DNA of 64,000 nt from Octopus sinensis (taxonomy: Eukaryota): assembly GCF_006345805.1 (NCBI RefSeq), contig NC_043022.1, positions 10,912,001 to 10,976,000 on the forward strand, given 5' to 3'. The translations under genes and the position numbers were made by a program. This document shows positions 24,154-37,680 of this stretch, in pieces. The notes under the pieces are model-generated. The model searched no databases. It worked only from the letters and a program-made list of their open reading frames with translations, and was not told the DNA's origin. Every line of letters begins with the position of its first letter. The first letter of the stretch is position 1.

Positions 24154-24338
24154 CAGGGGTGTAGCTAGGGTGGGACAAGTGGGGCACATGCCCTGGGCAC
24201 CACTTTGAAGGGGGCACAATTTTGGCCAAGATCATTTTCTAATTAAGTCATTTCTATGCGAGTTTCCACTTTTTGGTTAGGTGTCGGAGGCAATTTTGAT
24301 GCTTGCCCTGGACATCATTTACTCTAGCTACGCCCCTA
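24154..24338. mobile_element. hAT-like MITE
   Basis: TIRs caggggtgtagctag / ctagctacgccccta. Flanks ctcataag (24146-24153) and cccataaa (24339-24346) form a 6/8-matching 8-bp TSD. Confidence 0.7.
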
Positions 24339-24349
24339 CCCATAAAACA

Positions 24350-25095
24350 TCTTTTGACGTAAATTGGCGTCTGTTGGCATAAACATCTTGTTTAATGATG
24401 GGCCAGATTTTCGATAGGGTTGAGATCCAGAGATGCCAGTGGCCACACCATCAACTTTTCACCTTGTATGCTGTAAGACCCTGGAAATGTTTGGGTGGTC
24501 CTAGCAGAGTGTGAGGGAGCATTGTTATGCATGAATATGAGATTCCTTAGAAGTGACAGCAGTATGTCATCTAGTCAGGGATCCAAGACCTCCTTCAGGA
24601 GATTGCAGTAGGCAGCTGTGGTCACTTTAACCTCTTCAGGCACCCTGACTGAGCCAACAAGTCTGTCCCCAATGACACCAACCCACAACATGACCCCTCC
24701 ACCCTGTTGTTGATGTTGGTGATGCTCATCTCCAAAATAAAACCAACCATTTTGCCCAACTGTCAGGTTCATCAAGGGTTGCCCTGGTTTCATCAGTAAA
24801 CAGAACACAAGTCATGTCTAATGTCATGTACTTTTGGGCCCAATGAAGCCTCAAACTCCTGTGAGAAGGCAGTTTCAGGGGTCCTTACATGGAAACTATG
24901 GTCCTAAGGATGTGATTTCTGGTAGTTTGCAGTACATGAAGAAGTCCAGTTGCAGTGAAAATGGCTTTGCTTGTTTTTCCAGGTTTCCCATGTAACTTGC
25001 AGCCAATATTCCTTAAATCCCTAGTTGTCACAATCTTGGAGGTCCCACAATTGGATCATTTCTTCCTTGGCACTCATGTGACTAAATAATTCATC
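24350..25095 (-). mobile_element. Tc1-type transposase relic
   Basis: QQGGGVMLWVGVIGDRLVG..V.EEVKVTTAAYCNLLKEVLDP (ORF 24575-24808). Confidence 0.72.
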
Positions 25096-25612
25096 ACGTC
25101 AATAAACACAATACTATTATAGTTTTCCGCTAAATATATATTCCATGTATGTTTAATATGTATCATTACCCTTCATTTTCAGAAAAAAAGTCTAGATGGG
25201 CTATTTTCATTCAAAAGCTATTGGAATAAAAAAAGGATGTTACACAGAATAATGAAAACATCACAACTGTGTTGCCATAGTGTGCAAACCAGCTGGGAAA
25301 AGTTTTATCAAAATTGATTCACAGAAAACCTGAGAAATCCTAAATTCATTCCTAAGCTACTAGTGTGGTTCTGGGTAAAGATGTAAATAAGTAAAACCTC
25401 TGCTTTTTTAAAAAATAAATGCTTCCTGGAGACCCTCACCATTAGACATGCAGTGAACCAGTGATTGATCTGTTGGAAACCTGAAACTAATGAGGCCATT
25501 GTTCACCAATTATAATATAGATAATAAATAAAATAAGTCCCTTTCATGGATAAAGAAGAAACTGCACAAAGAAAACTTCTATAAAACATATTTCTATGAT
25601 TTGTCATCTTAC

Positions 25613-25716
25613 CTCATTGCCATAGACACTGCCAACACAAGGGAAAATGGCAATAGGTACATCTTCAGGAATTACAAACTCAAATGAAACAATTTCTGTA
25701 TTTGAGTGATGCTTGC
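25613..25716 (-). CDS. CFAP74: CFAP74 coding exon 7 (KHHSNTEIVSFEFVIPEDVPIAIFPCVGSVYGNE)
   Basis: ttgcag| acceptor, |gtaaga donor. 104 nt, phase 1 to 0. Resembles recalled SFEFLLPPDSPITISPSVGTV. Confidence 0.9.
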
Positions 25717-25992
25717 CTGCAAATAAATAACACAATACAAATATCATGTATGACTTTGCCTGTTGTTACAATGGAGTCATTTAACAGAAATGTAGTAATT
25801 TTAAATGACTACAATGCAGTCATTTTAATATTGAAGTTCTCTATTTTATCTCGTATAAAATTTAAGGTTCGTAACCTTTTTGGTAGCTGCCTCCTTTCAG
25901 TTTGGAGAATGGGTCAAGAAGTCGGTTGTTCAAATCATACCAATATCACAATGTTGTGCCTGTGACCAATTCTCCTTCCTCTTATTCTTTAT

Positions 25993-28162
25993 ATAATAAT
26001 AATGAAATTATTGTATACAGTGCTCAGGTGCACCACAACTTGTCAAAAGTGCATATAAAGCATATGCAGTAAAGTACAAATGTCTGGAAAGTGAACAGTG
26101 TATGAGTCAGATACATGTTTGCGTGTGTATGGAGGGGAGAAAATCAGGTGCAGTGTTGGCGAATCTCAGGAAGCATGGAAATTTTGAAGGATGCAGTGCT
26201 CCCACAACTAACAACTGATGCCGGCAGTTTGTTCCATGCTTCAGCAACTCTTAGCGTGAAAAAATGTTTCTGAAAGTCATGGGAGCTGTGCTGTTTTCTG
26301 ACTTTGTAAACATGTCCACGGGTGTTAGACAGGTGGAGTTTGAAAAGGTGCTCAGAGTTATTGTTTGTAAGATGGTTAATAATTTTATGGGTGTCTGCCA
26401 AGTCAGCTGCCAGACATCGGAGTTTCAATGCCCAGGGAAGTAAGGCATTCAGGATATGGCAAATGCCTGATGGAGGGTATTCTCTTGGTTGCACGTCACT
26501 GAACAGTTTCCAGATGATTAATATCCTGGGCAAGATAGGGGTTCCAGACCAGTGATGCAAATTCCAGGTGAGGTCGCACCATAGCTATATAAAGTCTCAG
26601 ATAGATAGCTGGAGAGCGGCTCACAAAAGATTTGGTGAGTGATGCCAAGACACCCTCAGCCTTCTTGGCAATTTTAGCAATGTGTTTTGTCCAACGCAAA
26701 TCACTGTCGACAATAACACCCAGGTTACGTTCACAAGAAGACTTTTTGAGATTAGTGTTGTGGAGGGAGTAAATAGATGCTGGGTTTCTCCTCCCAAAAT
26801 ACATGGTGGTACATTTGTCCACAGCCAGCTTGAGTTGCGAGTCCATGATCCACTGCTGCATTGTGTCCAGGTCTGATTGCAATAAAGATCTATAGTGTAC
26901 AGGATCTGTCCTCTTTATTTCGAGGTACAGCTTGATGTCATCTGCATATTTCATCACTGTGGCATTCTTTAAGTTGGCATCTATGTTATTAACATATGCA
27001 ACAAATATAAGGGGGCCAAGAACAGATCCCTGTGGTACACCAGATGTCATCTCATAGGGTGAAAAGTGCTGTCCTAGAACTGTGACAACCTCTTTTCGGC
27101 TGATAATGAAGGACTTCAACTAGTTATAGAGATCATCTCTTACACCCATTGCAGAGAGTTTCACCATAAGTCTTAGCAAAGTCCAGGTAGACAACATCCA
27201 CCCAGGATCCGTGATCAATGATTTGGTTAATGTCCTCAAGAAACTCGATGAGTTGATTACAGCAGTTGGAGTTAGGAATAAATCCAAATTGTGACGGCTG
27301 GATGAGGTTGTGAGACTTCCAGAAGTTCCAGAGGGTTTCTCTGACACAGGATTCCATCAGTTTGGCGATGCAGCTAGTAAGACTAATGGGGTGATAGCTG
27401 ACAGGCGATGTGCGGTCACCTTTTTTGAACAGAGGGATAACACTGGCAGTTTTCCACTGCTCTGGAGTAACACAATTGTTAAGATAGAATTGAAAGAATA
27501 GTGAAAGTTGGTTTAGAAGAAAGTACCCACCTCGTTTGTGAAGTAGGTATGTAACACCATCGAGACTAGGAGAGGCATAGTTATATTTATTCTTAAGGTG
27601 GTGTTGTAGCATTGCTGGTGTAAATTTCATAGTAGATATAGAGTCCGGTGTCAGAGGTGATGAAGATGGAACATTTTGATCTTCGACAGTAAAGATGCTG
27701 GTATAGCATCCAGCAATGATTTCTGCACATTCTTTGGGATTGCCAGTAATCTTTCCTGTGTGGGGATTGCGAAGGGGACCAACTTGAGAGTGAGGTCTCT
27801 GCTTTGAGTGTACATACTTCCAGAACACTTTGCTGTCAGGGTTGGTTGCTATGCGCTGTTCGAATTCAAGCACTGCCTTTTTTGTCACCTGCTTGAGGTG
27901 GTTGGCTGACCTATTGCACTTTTTCCTGTTGATCTCTGATTTGTGCAATTTGTATTCCTGTTCAGCCTTACGGCGTTCTTTCCTGGCAAGTCAGACTGCT
28001 GCAGTCTCCCAAATTGCACTATGGGGTGTTTTTTTTGTGCTTGCATGGTACTGATGCTGCACATGCCGTCCATATTGAATTCAGAATGTTCTGAAGTATC
28101 GTGTTCACATCTCTAGAGGCATAAAATTTGAGCTAGTTTGGGTGCCGCAGCTCGGTACAATG
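25993..28162 (-). mobile_element. 5'-truncated copy of the same CR1-type LINE
   Basis: Colinear with 45455-47600. Contains QGSVLGP/YADD (ORF 26496-27119), the same 3' end and an (ATT)n tail. Confidence 0.92.
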
Positions 28163-29492
28163 TAATATCTATGCAATGTAATATCTATGCAATGCAATGA
28201 GCCAACCCTCATAATTTTACTTAAATAGGAGGGGTTATCAAATTTAGAGTAGTATCACAACAGAGTATATTTACAGCCAAGAGAACAGTGCCATTCAAGA
28301 CAATTATCCTGGCCACCAACACAATGGCCGGTGTTAACATATGTCATGTAGCAAACCAAAAATATTTTATCCATTACAGATACATGCTGTGAGGTGACAA
28401 AATCCATTAGCATAATAATTAACTATGGTCAATAAAGACTCTGAAATTTAAATTAATTAAAATCGAATGTGAATAAATTATAGGTGAGGGGTTCTAAATT
28501 CCAGAATTAAACTTTAAAAGCTATCAACTAAATATGGGTGTTCTTTTAATTACATTTTAGCAAGATTATATTTGTCAGAATCAAATTAATTAATTGCCCT
28601 TCATGCAGAAGGCATCGCCTGGAGATTTTCCTCAGTCATTCTGACAAATGCCATAGTTATACTTGCAGCCCACAGTACTTTGTGAACTACTGAATTCTCA
28701 CCTGGTTGTCTAGTACTCTCCTATCAAAACAGACATGAAACACTAATAATGCCAGAGGGGATTTATTATTAAAACAAAGGAGAAATTACATATCAACACA
28801 TATTTTCAGTTCAACAAATTAGAAACATCACCTGAGCTACAACAGCTTTGATACACTGGACTGCATCACAAAACAAGAAAAAAAAAACTGGCCTTGGTCT
28901 AGAAAATATTCCAGCTCTCAGTAGTTACTAACCCTATACAAATCTCAAGTGAAACCCACAATGGAATACTGAGCTACATCTGTAGGATGTTGTGACTACA
29001 AATGTAGCCACCCTAGTCTCCACCCCAATCCCACAAAAAATGGTTATTTGACTGATTAACAAGTAACTCACACTCTCCAATCTCTCATCAACAAAACTGT
29101 GTCCCCTCACTTAAACCCTAACCCTTACCCATAAAAATTGTGGTTTCTACTTTCTGGAGTGGCTTATTTTGTACCAATTCCACTCAAGCCCTCCCAACTC
29201 ACTCCTTTCTCCTATCATGACTCATACTCTGTTCACTCCCCAGGTCCTTATTAACCAACCTTATCTCTGGGTTTTTTCTCCCTTGTCATATTTTACCTGT
29301 AGCTGTCAACACATGGTTATTTAAAAAGAACATAACTATTCTGAATCTCACAGATCCCAGAGGACCTGCAAAGGTACCTTTGAGACCAAGTGTACAGCCT
29401 TTTCCTTTAGAGAAAACCACGAAAAACAAAACAAAACAATGTCAGCAAGAAAAATGATGGTGATGATGATGATGTCTATATTTTCAACTCAC

Positions 29493-29659
29493 CTTTTTGG
29501 CTGCTGTCATTTTTCGTCTCTTGGTTGTCTGGATATTTGGAGAGGTAGACAGTTGCTTCTGATTTATCATACAGAGCTGTTCCCTTAAAATTGATTACCT
29601 GATGTGACAGTTTTAGGGGTGGAGCAATACCCAAACCCTTACATTTCAGTGGGAACTCA
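29493..29659 (-). CDS. CFAP74: CFAP74 coding exon 6 (EFPLKCKGLGIAPPLKLSHQVINFKGTALYDKSEATVYLSK...QK)
   Basis: tttcag| acceptor, |gtgagt donor. 167 nt, phase 2 to 1. Resembles recalled FKLSCRAVGVHPPLELSHYQIKFAATALYDTS. Confidence 0.92.
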
Positions 29660-32533
29660 CTGAAATATTTTAAAAAATGATAAAAATTAAGATGCTATTT
29701 TTGAAATTGGTTTTTAGTTACATTTATTACATTTCATGCTATTTTTCCTGCAGATGTTAACTTGTGAATTATTCAATAAAAACATCTATGGCAGTGAGCT
29801 CATCAATTTTAAAGGGCCCACATAGGCCATGGGTGCAGCCAAACCTAACCGTTAAAGCAACAAAGAAACATAGGAAATAAATTTTTTTATTATTTTAAAA
29901 TTTGGTTAATTTTACAAGTGGAACGGCTAAGTGGATAAAGTATAGGAGTATTGGGTCATATGTCTCCAGTTCAAATTTTTTATTGTTACAATGAGTACTA
30001 TTCTACATGACACATAGCTGTTGGGAATGGGTACCAGATCTTCTAAGAAGATAATCTCTGTAGACAGGTGAACAACCAAATTAAAAAGAAATCTCGTCTA
30101 CTTAATGCTACTGTTGTCACTCTGGGATTGAACCTGCATCATTGTCAACTCATTAAGAGGCAACATACAGGTCAATAATGAAACGACTGCACTTACACAA
30201 CTTAAAATTGAACAAGTTCTTCCAATTAGCTTAGCCTGTTTTGGTGTAGAAAGAAAAAATAGACACCTCTTTACAGTTCATGAGCTATAAAATAGGTTAT
30301 CACAAAGTATAAACAACTCATCGCTGTGTAAATACTATAAATTGATAATAAAAACAGAGCCTGAGGAAACAGGTGGTGGTCTGTGTCAGCAAAAATTATT
30401 CAGTGAACTTCATGTATGTGTTTAGATAACTGTATGTTGTAAGAAGAAGAGGAATCTAATACACTGGAGCAATCCTTTTGTCTAAGAAAGAGACAAATAA
30501 TTTCAACTGATAAATACCATTTTGGGTACCATTTCGAGGTGAGCTGCAACAAACTGTCCACAGAAATATACTACAGGAAGATGAACAGTCATTGAATGGG
30601 TTATGAGGTTTACACCTGCACTCCATTAACACAATGGTGTTTTTAGTGATAGATGTCAAATTGTGAGGAGGTGTGTAGGCAATTGAATCAACCTCATTGT
30701 ATTACAGGTACTAATATGACCCACAAAAGTGATACAAACTCCTGCAGAATTTTAACTGAAAATGTAAAGATAACATTTAAGACAGATATTGAAAGAACAG
30801 TTCTAGGGAGATGGAATACTGCCATTCAGTGTTGATGTGTTTAGTATTTAGTATTTAAATTCACAGATGCCATATAGAACAAGTGGAAAGGTCTTCATTT
30901 AACTTGATGTTGGATTTTGCCTAATAGCAAAAACCAAAATGAAATGAGGACATAATGTGGAATCCCCTTTCTGCGACTGCGAACAGTCTAAACCATAAGT
31001 CACTAGTTAGTTTGCCCAGTATTTGATTCCTTGAGAAACAGTTCCAAGAAATTTGCAAAATTGTATTTTAAAAAAATGGGAAGATTTGATATAGATACAA
31101 AATAACTTTATGCTACTAAAGTTATTCAAGAGATTCGACTGAATGATTTATCTTATTTAGTTTCCTCTATCTATGTCCATTTGAATTCAAATCCTATCAG
31201 GGATGAATTTTACTTTTCATCAAAGAAAAGTTATAAAATTAGATATTATAAAACTGCTTCTTCAGTGCTCTGCCATTTCTGATACATGCCATTGTCAACT
31301 GAGAATCTATCCACTTCCCCACCTTTGCCTCACAGCATTGACACTATAAGGATATGTTCAGATTTTTAAAACCTGCACACACACACACACACATGCATAT
31401 AGAACTGGATAAATAAGTAGTTGGATGGATGGATAGCTAGGCAGATGGGTGAGTGATTCATAGATTAACACACATGAAAGACAGATGTCATTAATATTTA
31501 CCCTCATTTTGTAGTTTTATTTATCGTTATATTTATTCTTTAATACAATGTGGCACTGGTGCCTATTTCCAGACCAGTTGTATGAAACCAGGTAGTGTAA
31601 AATATCTTGTTGAAGCTCTAATTTTCAAAAAAAAATCTCTTTAAAACATTTACGATGTATTTGACAACCAAGACCACCACCACCACCATTTTATGACAGC
31701 TGATATAAAGTGTTATATTTTCACTTTATAATAAATATTTGCTACAAAATATAATTCAAAATTTTTTCCAATATTTTGCCAAAACAACACAAGTGGTGTA
31801 GTGTATTTACTAGACAATATACCCTAGTATATATTAGTAGTAACAATGATTGTTATATTTTCTATAGCTAATCAATGTGATGTCTTGGTTAGACAATCAG
31901 TGTGATATCTTAGACAATCATTGTCATATCTCCACTAGATAGTCAATATAATGTATTGGCTACACATTCAATATATCTTGCTGCACATTCACTAAAATGT
32001 CTTTGCTCAATAATTATTGCAGCTAGACATTTTATATGACATTTTCACTAAACAACCAATATTAATAAATTCTCCCTATGTTGACTGTACTACTTTGTCA
32101 TACAGCAAATGCGATAGTTTGCTTTATTTAGAAGACAATATCTTGGCAAAAATGAAAGAAATATTCCTTACAGCTACAATGAATACAACGTCATTAATAA
32201 CAAGGTAGTCTCCATATGGTCATTTGATTAACTAGAAATAGCACCCAAACCTTCCTAAAGCTATACTGTACTGTTTTAAAGATACGACACACTGAATAAG
32301 TCTGGAGTACACAATGCTAATCTGGCATACACTATGCTTAAAAAAAAAAGGATTTAATATCTTGAATGCCTTTGATCATATATCAGCTTGATCAGGGCTG
32401 ACTTGGAGCTGATCAACAGGAATGATGTATATACAAGACAAAACTAAGTGTGAAATATCTCTCTAATAGTAATTGAAATGAGAAACAAAAGCATATTTTA
32501 AAAGTGAAATACTTATGAAATACCAGTAGTTAC

Positions 32534-32667
32534 CTGTTTGTTAATGTCTTACACACAATATCAAACTCATATTCCTTAGCAGTGCTTGGTTGGAACACAA
32601 CTTCCAGCGTCAGACTTTCTAAAGGTAGTATAGTACCAAAGCCATCATTTGGTTGTACATCAACACA
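32534..32667 (-). CDS. CFAP74: CFAP74 coding exon 5 (CVDVQPNDGFGTILPLESLTLEVVFQPSTAKEYEFDIVCKTLTN)
   Basis: tcccag| acceptor, |gtaact donor. 134 nt, phase 0 to 2. Contains VDVQPNDGFGTILPLE, the most diagnostic CFAP74 motif I recall. Confidence 0.95.
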
Positions 32668-34061
32668 CTGGGAAACAAAAATGCCATTATTATTATTCTT
32701 CATGCCACTCATACTGATTTTCTATTCAATCTCCCCCACCTCTGTGTAACTACCTATCAGCTCTGAGAGTGTCAAGAAGTCAGTGATTATGTTTTGATTC
32801 CATTGAATATCATTTCATATCTTTGATATCCTTCTTCAGCCTTGTAAATAAAAATATTTACCAATGTGCTTTGGGCAAGTTCTAATGACAACAGCTACCA
32901 TGTAACCTAGTATAACCCATCTCTTAGTTGGGTTGTTGGAAAATAAGTCATCTCCCTTAAATTCAGTTTATTGGGTGGGGAGGATACGTATGTTCCCAGT
33001 AGAATTGAAAATAAAATTTGTCAAAAGGCAGAAGGGTGTCTCACACAGAAGCCAATGATTATTCATACTTAGAGAGAAGACAGATGCTACCAGAATATCT
33101 TGAAGCATTATATAATGGTGCAGCCAAACTCAGCTACTCTCCCAGATCACACAGAGTTTAAGTTGGCTGATGACCAAGAAAGGAAGAGAGGAGAGACTAA
33201 GTCTCTTGCTGTGCACCTATAGCCTTCACAGCTAAAGGATTCTTCAAAGATAAATGAAGAAAATTATAATTGTTGATAATCTCCTATAAGTAACAACTTG
33301 TAGTGACTTAGTCTATCGGTAACTTAATAACACTGCTTGGTGTCGTGTCCAAAAAACAGATTCTCAGCCATTGTTTTATATATCCTTCCCACAAAGTTGA
33401 AGCTATACAAGTACAAGAGAGACTGCTGTGTGGTGGTTTGACCCATTAGAATACCAGCCATCAAATCTCTCTTGAATTAAACCCAACCATCTCCATAAAA
33501 GGATTAACTGATTGGATAATGTGGCACTGGATTCATTAAGCTTGAAAACAATGATATGATCAGGCCTGAAATGCCTTTGATCATACATTTATTCAATTAG
33601 GTCTGACCCTCATACATTGTAAGATTTTGTCTATGCACAAATAGAATATCTACCTGCTTGCCAGCCATATTCAGGGTAGAATTTTTCTATTCTTTGTTTT
33701 ACATTATTTTATTACAATGTGAGGAATCAAGATTTGATTTAGAAAAAAAAACTTTTAAAGTAAAAATTACATTGTTTTGTACCTCATTTGAGAGAGAGAG
33801 AGAGAGAGAGACGGGCGCTGAGTGTTATGTGTGCTTGTGTATCCTAATATAAATGATGGTGTATTGAACTGTGTACTTTTACATCAAGAGGTAATTTATC
33901 AGTCCAACAAATAGAGATAGATAAAATAAGTAATAATAGGCTGAAGTAAATATTGAACTCTATAAAATCAACTAAAAAACCTGAAGATGATTCCCATCAT
34001 GGCCACAGTACAATGATTGAAACCAACAAAAGAGCAAAAACAGAATGAAAGATATACTAAC

Positions 34062-34235
34062 GGAAGGTATGTTCAGGAAGGCAAACTGTTGAGGCAGGAG
34101 GGATTTATTGTACAGCTCAACATAACGACAGGCAGATTCAAATATTGTACAATTACCAAAGTCAATAGAACTTTCATTAAACTGGAGGTCAGATGAAGTC
34201 ACAACAGCATGTACTGTGAAAATGATTGGCTTGCG
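34062..34235 (-). CDS. CFAP74: CFAP74 coding exon 4 (RKPIIFTVHAVVTSSDLQFNESSIDFGNCTIFES...KSLLPQQFAFLNIPS)
   Basis: ttgtag| acceptor, |gttagt donor. 174 nt, phase 0 to 0. Resembles recalled FTVHAIVTTSDLEL..VDFGYCTIYE..SLLPQEFGF. Confidence 0.93.
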
Positions 34236-34695
34236 CTACAAAAGAAGTTAAAAGACAACTAAATTTAACAGCCAGGTTTATGAAAAAACAACAATTTTTT
34301 AGCTTAGTCAGAGGCAGAAGAACAATGTCCATGATTGTCATGAAAGTCTTTGAAATCCAGAAGTTGGAAAAGGGGGAAATATTCTCAGACCCAATTCAAA
34401 TGCTTGCAATACAATGGGCTCTATTAAAGGCATCCAAGGACAAGTGGCAGTGTCAAACCTAGTGATGCACTACGTTTGTTAACCCAAAATAGGTGAAGTC
34501 TATCTGACAGACTTCTTCCTAGTTTCCAGCAACTAAATTTCCAGAACTACATCAGAAGCATAAAAGAATCCGCGTAATACTGGATTGTGTTTGTCATTCA
34601 CAAAGCTTTGATTGGCCCCAAAATATAGTGTGCATGCACAGCAGAGTTCAAGGTCGAGCTTTGCCAAGCGGCTTCACTCTGCATGCTTTAGCTTC

Positions 34696-34709
34696 GTTAC
34701 TATGGAAAC
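34696..34709. promoter_or_regulatory. Candidate RFX X-box GTTACTATGGAAAC
   Basis: Matches the X-box consensus GTHNYY-AT-RRNAAC. Lies in an intron of a ciliary gene, with ATTGG (~34611) and several CpGs nearby. A motif match alone is weak evidence. Confidence 0.4.
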
Positions 34710-35604
34710 AGTCCAGATACTTATTCATCAAAACTCCTACATACACACAAACTAAACTTTACTATAGAGTAAATCCATAGATTTTAGCTTTCACAAGATT
34801 CAAATTGGAGCTAGTATTAGTTTTGTGCAGTGAAAACACAAAGATTGTACGATTCCAAATAGTTCTTCAAACTCAAATATACAACATGGCTGGTCTTTGA
34901 GAAAAAGAAGAGACAGAGAGAGAGACAAAGAAATTTCATATATATGCATACACACAAACAGAGATATGCATGTGTGTATTTAGGCTTCCTATAGTTTCAA
35001 CATTGCTTGAAGTAGGAAAAGATTGTCATGTAAGTGTTGTTTGTTTCTAATCTTTTGTCAAAACATATTTGGCAATGGGGAAAAGAACTTTGCTTGGAAA
35101 TAGGTGAGGGTTGGCAGCAGCAAGGGAAACTGGCCAGAGAGAATCTGTTTTATTGAATTCTGTCTGACCTATGCCATCATGGAAAACTGGACATCAAAAT
35201 GATGTTAATGAGGATATACCAGTAGGTAAGTTTTACTTAATAGCACCACTAAAATAAGGAGAACTCAATACAACTTAAATGTAGAGTAAACACTTTATTG
35301 AAGTAATTGGGTTGTTGGATGCATCACAGTGACCTGTAGTTTTATTTCAGTCAGGAATCCTTGGACAGATAAAGCATCAGGAAGCTGGAGGACCAAACCA
35401 ACTGGTTTCATTATTTAACATTGCATCAACCTTGCTCAACTTCCCAGCATTGCCAAAAAGAAAGTAATCCTTGTCAGTAAGCAAAACAATCTTTATCTAA
35501 AGACAGACCTGATACTTTGCAGACACAGAATATACATTCAGTTCTCTAAGATAACACTATTCCACTGCCAACCACATGAACATCCTATAATGCCCATCAG
35601 ACAT

Positions 35605-35651
<47 letters not shown>

Positions 35652-37592
35652 TTAACCAACCTAAAATAGATATGAGTACATTTGCATATATGCAGTTATA
35701 TGTGTATTTATAAAAATGCTATATTTGTGCTGCATTGTACCTGTATGTTATAGCAGAAATGGACATTTATGCACACTTGAATGCCAAAGTTTCATGCTCA
35801 TACAGTTATACATGAACCTGTGTATTATAGTCTTATTAACAAGTATATGCAATTTTTATACATCGTATGTACCTCATTATTTCTGAATCCTCACTTGATT
35901 GCTTCCAATTACATATATATACATATATATATATATCTCTTATCTACTCTCATTTACTGGTGTTTTTATGTATATATATAAACTTCTTTGTACACATTTG
36001 TATCTATCAGCTTGTGTATGCATAAGTCTGTGTATACTTTTATACTTATATAAATAAGCATTTCAGTACACTTGACTACATTTGTTCATCTATTACACCA
36101 TGTGTGCATGCATGTGTGAGTGTGTGTGTGTGCATGCGCATGTGTGTATGGGTGTATATATAAAAACCCACCAAAGCTCTCCTTCACAAGCAAGTATGAA
36201 CTAATCACATGTAGCCATGATTGTCGTAATTGCCAGTGTATTTGCAAGCTGACACATACACTTCTCAACCCTCCCACTCTTTGATCCAGCAGGACATTGA
36301 GGATGTGACAGCTACAGGGAGAGAGCACTGCCCAGCACTAAGCTGGTACTCACTTCCAGCTGAGTGAGTGGAGCAATTTGAAATGAAGTACCTTTCTGAA
36401 GGAAACAATGCATTGTAAGGTCCAGGGATGAGAGTTTCTCGCTTCCTTCAATATTAATGTAAACAAACTCAGTAGGATATATGTGATATTGTGTGTTTCA
36501 GGACAGGTTGACTGATTCAGTCTTGTGTTGTACTGTGTTGTACAGGAAGTTAAGAGTTAAGACACGAACTTCTCCGAAAGCCAACTGACATCATTTAGAA
36601 ATATAATTCAATTTCATTTTCTCTAATTACTATTCCCTATGCACTCTCTCTCACACACACACACATACTCGCCATCAAAAATTCAAGTCCTACTAACCTT
36701 GTTCTTAGCCTGTGCCACATAAATATCTAAGAATTTTACCAAGCTACTACAAGTAACAATGAAAAACAGCTCAAATCTGATAAATTAACACATCTCAAAT
36801 CTGGTTTCAATTTACTATCCAATGACCTCTTCAGTGAACACACACTCTCACTTACATATGCATACAAACGTACACATACTTACATATACAAACACTCCCA
36901 TAACCAAACAGCACACTTAAACACTTAAAATTCTTTGTATCAAATTGAAAAAAAAAAAAAGAAGCTAACAATAAACAAGTCAGTATTCTCTCTATGAGAA
37001 AAATCTCTAAACACGCCTCATCCCACACCATCTCTGAACAGCAGGCTCTAATGCAACAGTAGTCTGAGAATTCTCAACTTAGATGAAAAAACTTGCTACT
37101 GTGAGGCATTGACCTCTCCAACTGTCTCAATATGGTGTGTATGTGTGTATTTATTCGTATAAATTTATATTCATACAGACATATGTGTTTGTGAGTGTAT
37201 TTATGTATATGGTAAAACAGAATCCAAGGAAACTGGTGGAGGGCTTGCATTGATAAGAATTGTACTATTTGGAAAAAGCAACAGGAAGAGTACAGTGAAA
37301 TTGCTGGGCGGGGGGGGGGAGTGGTGTATCCAATGTTTGAGACAGTTGTTGTTCTTCAGAGTGATGACGACAGGTGGGGAATGGGAGGAAAGACAACAGA
37401 GTTTTACAGTCCTGTATGTTTGAATAACTAGTTCCCTTATTAGCCAAAGTTCATGAAAACTCTGGGTAATTATATAGCAGGCATCAACAAAGTGCATTAA
37501 ACAATTATACTCAACAACATATATTGTTTTCTCACACTTGTTATAGAAAAACATGTATGTATGTGTAATTATTACTGAAGAGTCTTCCTTAC

Positions 37593-37680
37593 ATAACTTG
37601 CAATCCAGATTTTAATGTTCATTTCAAATACACTGGTATCAACATCATAGAATTGTGGAGCATCTTTTGCAAGGGATTTT
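37593..37680 (-). CDS. CFAP74: CFAP74 coding exon 3 (KSLAKDAPQFYDVDTSVFEMNIKIWIASY)
   Basis: Polypyrimidine tract + cacag| acceptor, |gtaagg donor. 88 nt, phase 2 to 0. Resembles recalled SLPEDAGRYFDKETRVLEAPMTIWV. Confidence 0.87.

Noticed and set aside
25271-25284. GTTGCCATAG RFX half-site near exon 7
   Set aside because: The second half-site is absent, so a chance match is likely.
30456-30835. Two short ORFs between exons 5 and 6
   Set aside because: No recognisable motifs; exons 5 and 6 already join in frame.
31885-31930. Short direct repeat ttagacaatca-tgt-atatc
   Set aside because: Only two imperfect copies with no spacer structure; not CRISPR-like and uninformative.
33167-33200. CTGATGA hammerhead-core match
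   Set aside because: No stem II before the following GAAA and no stem I or III.
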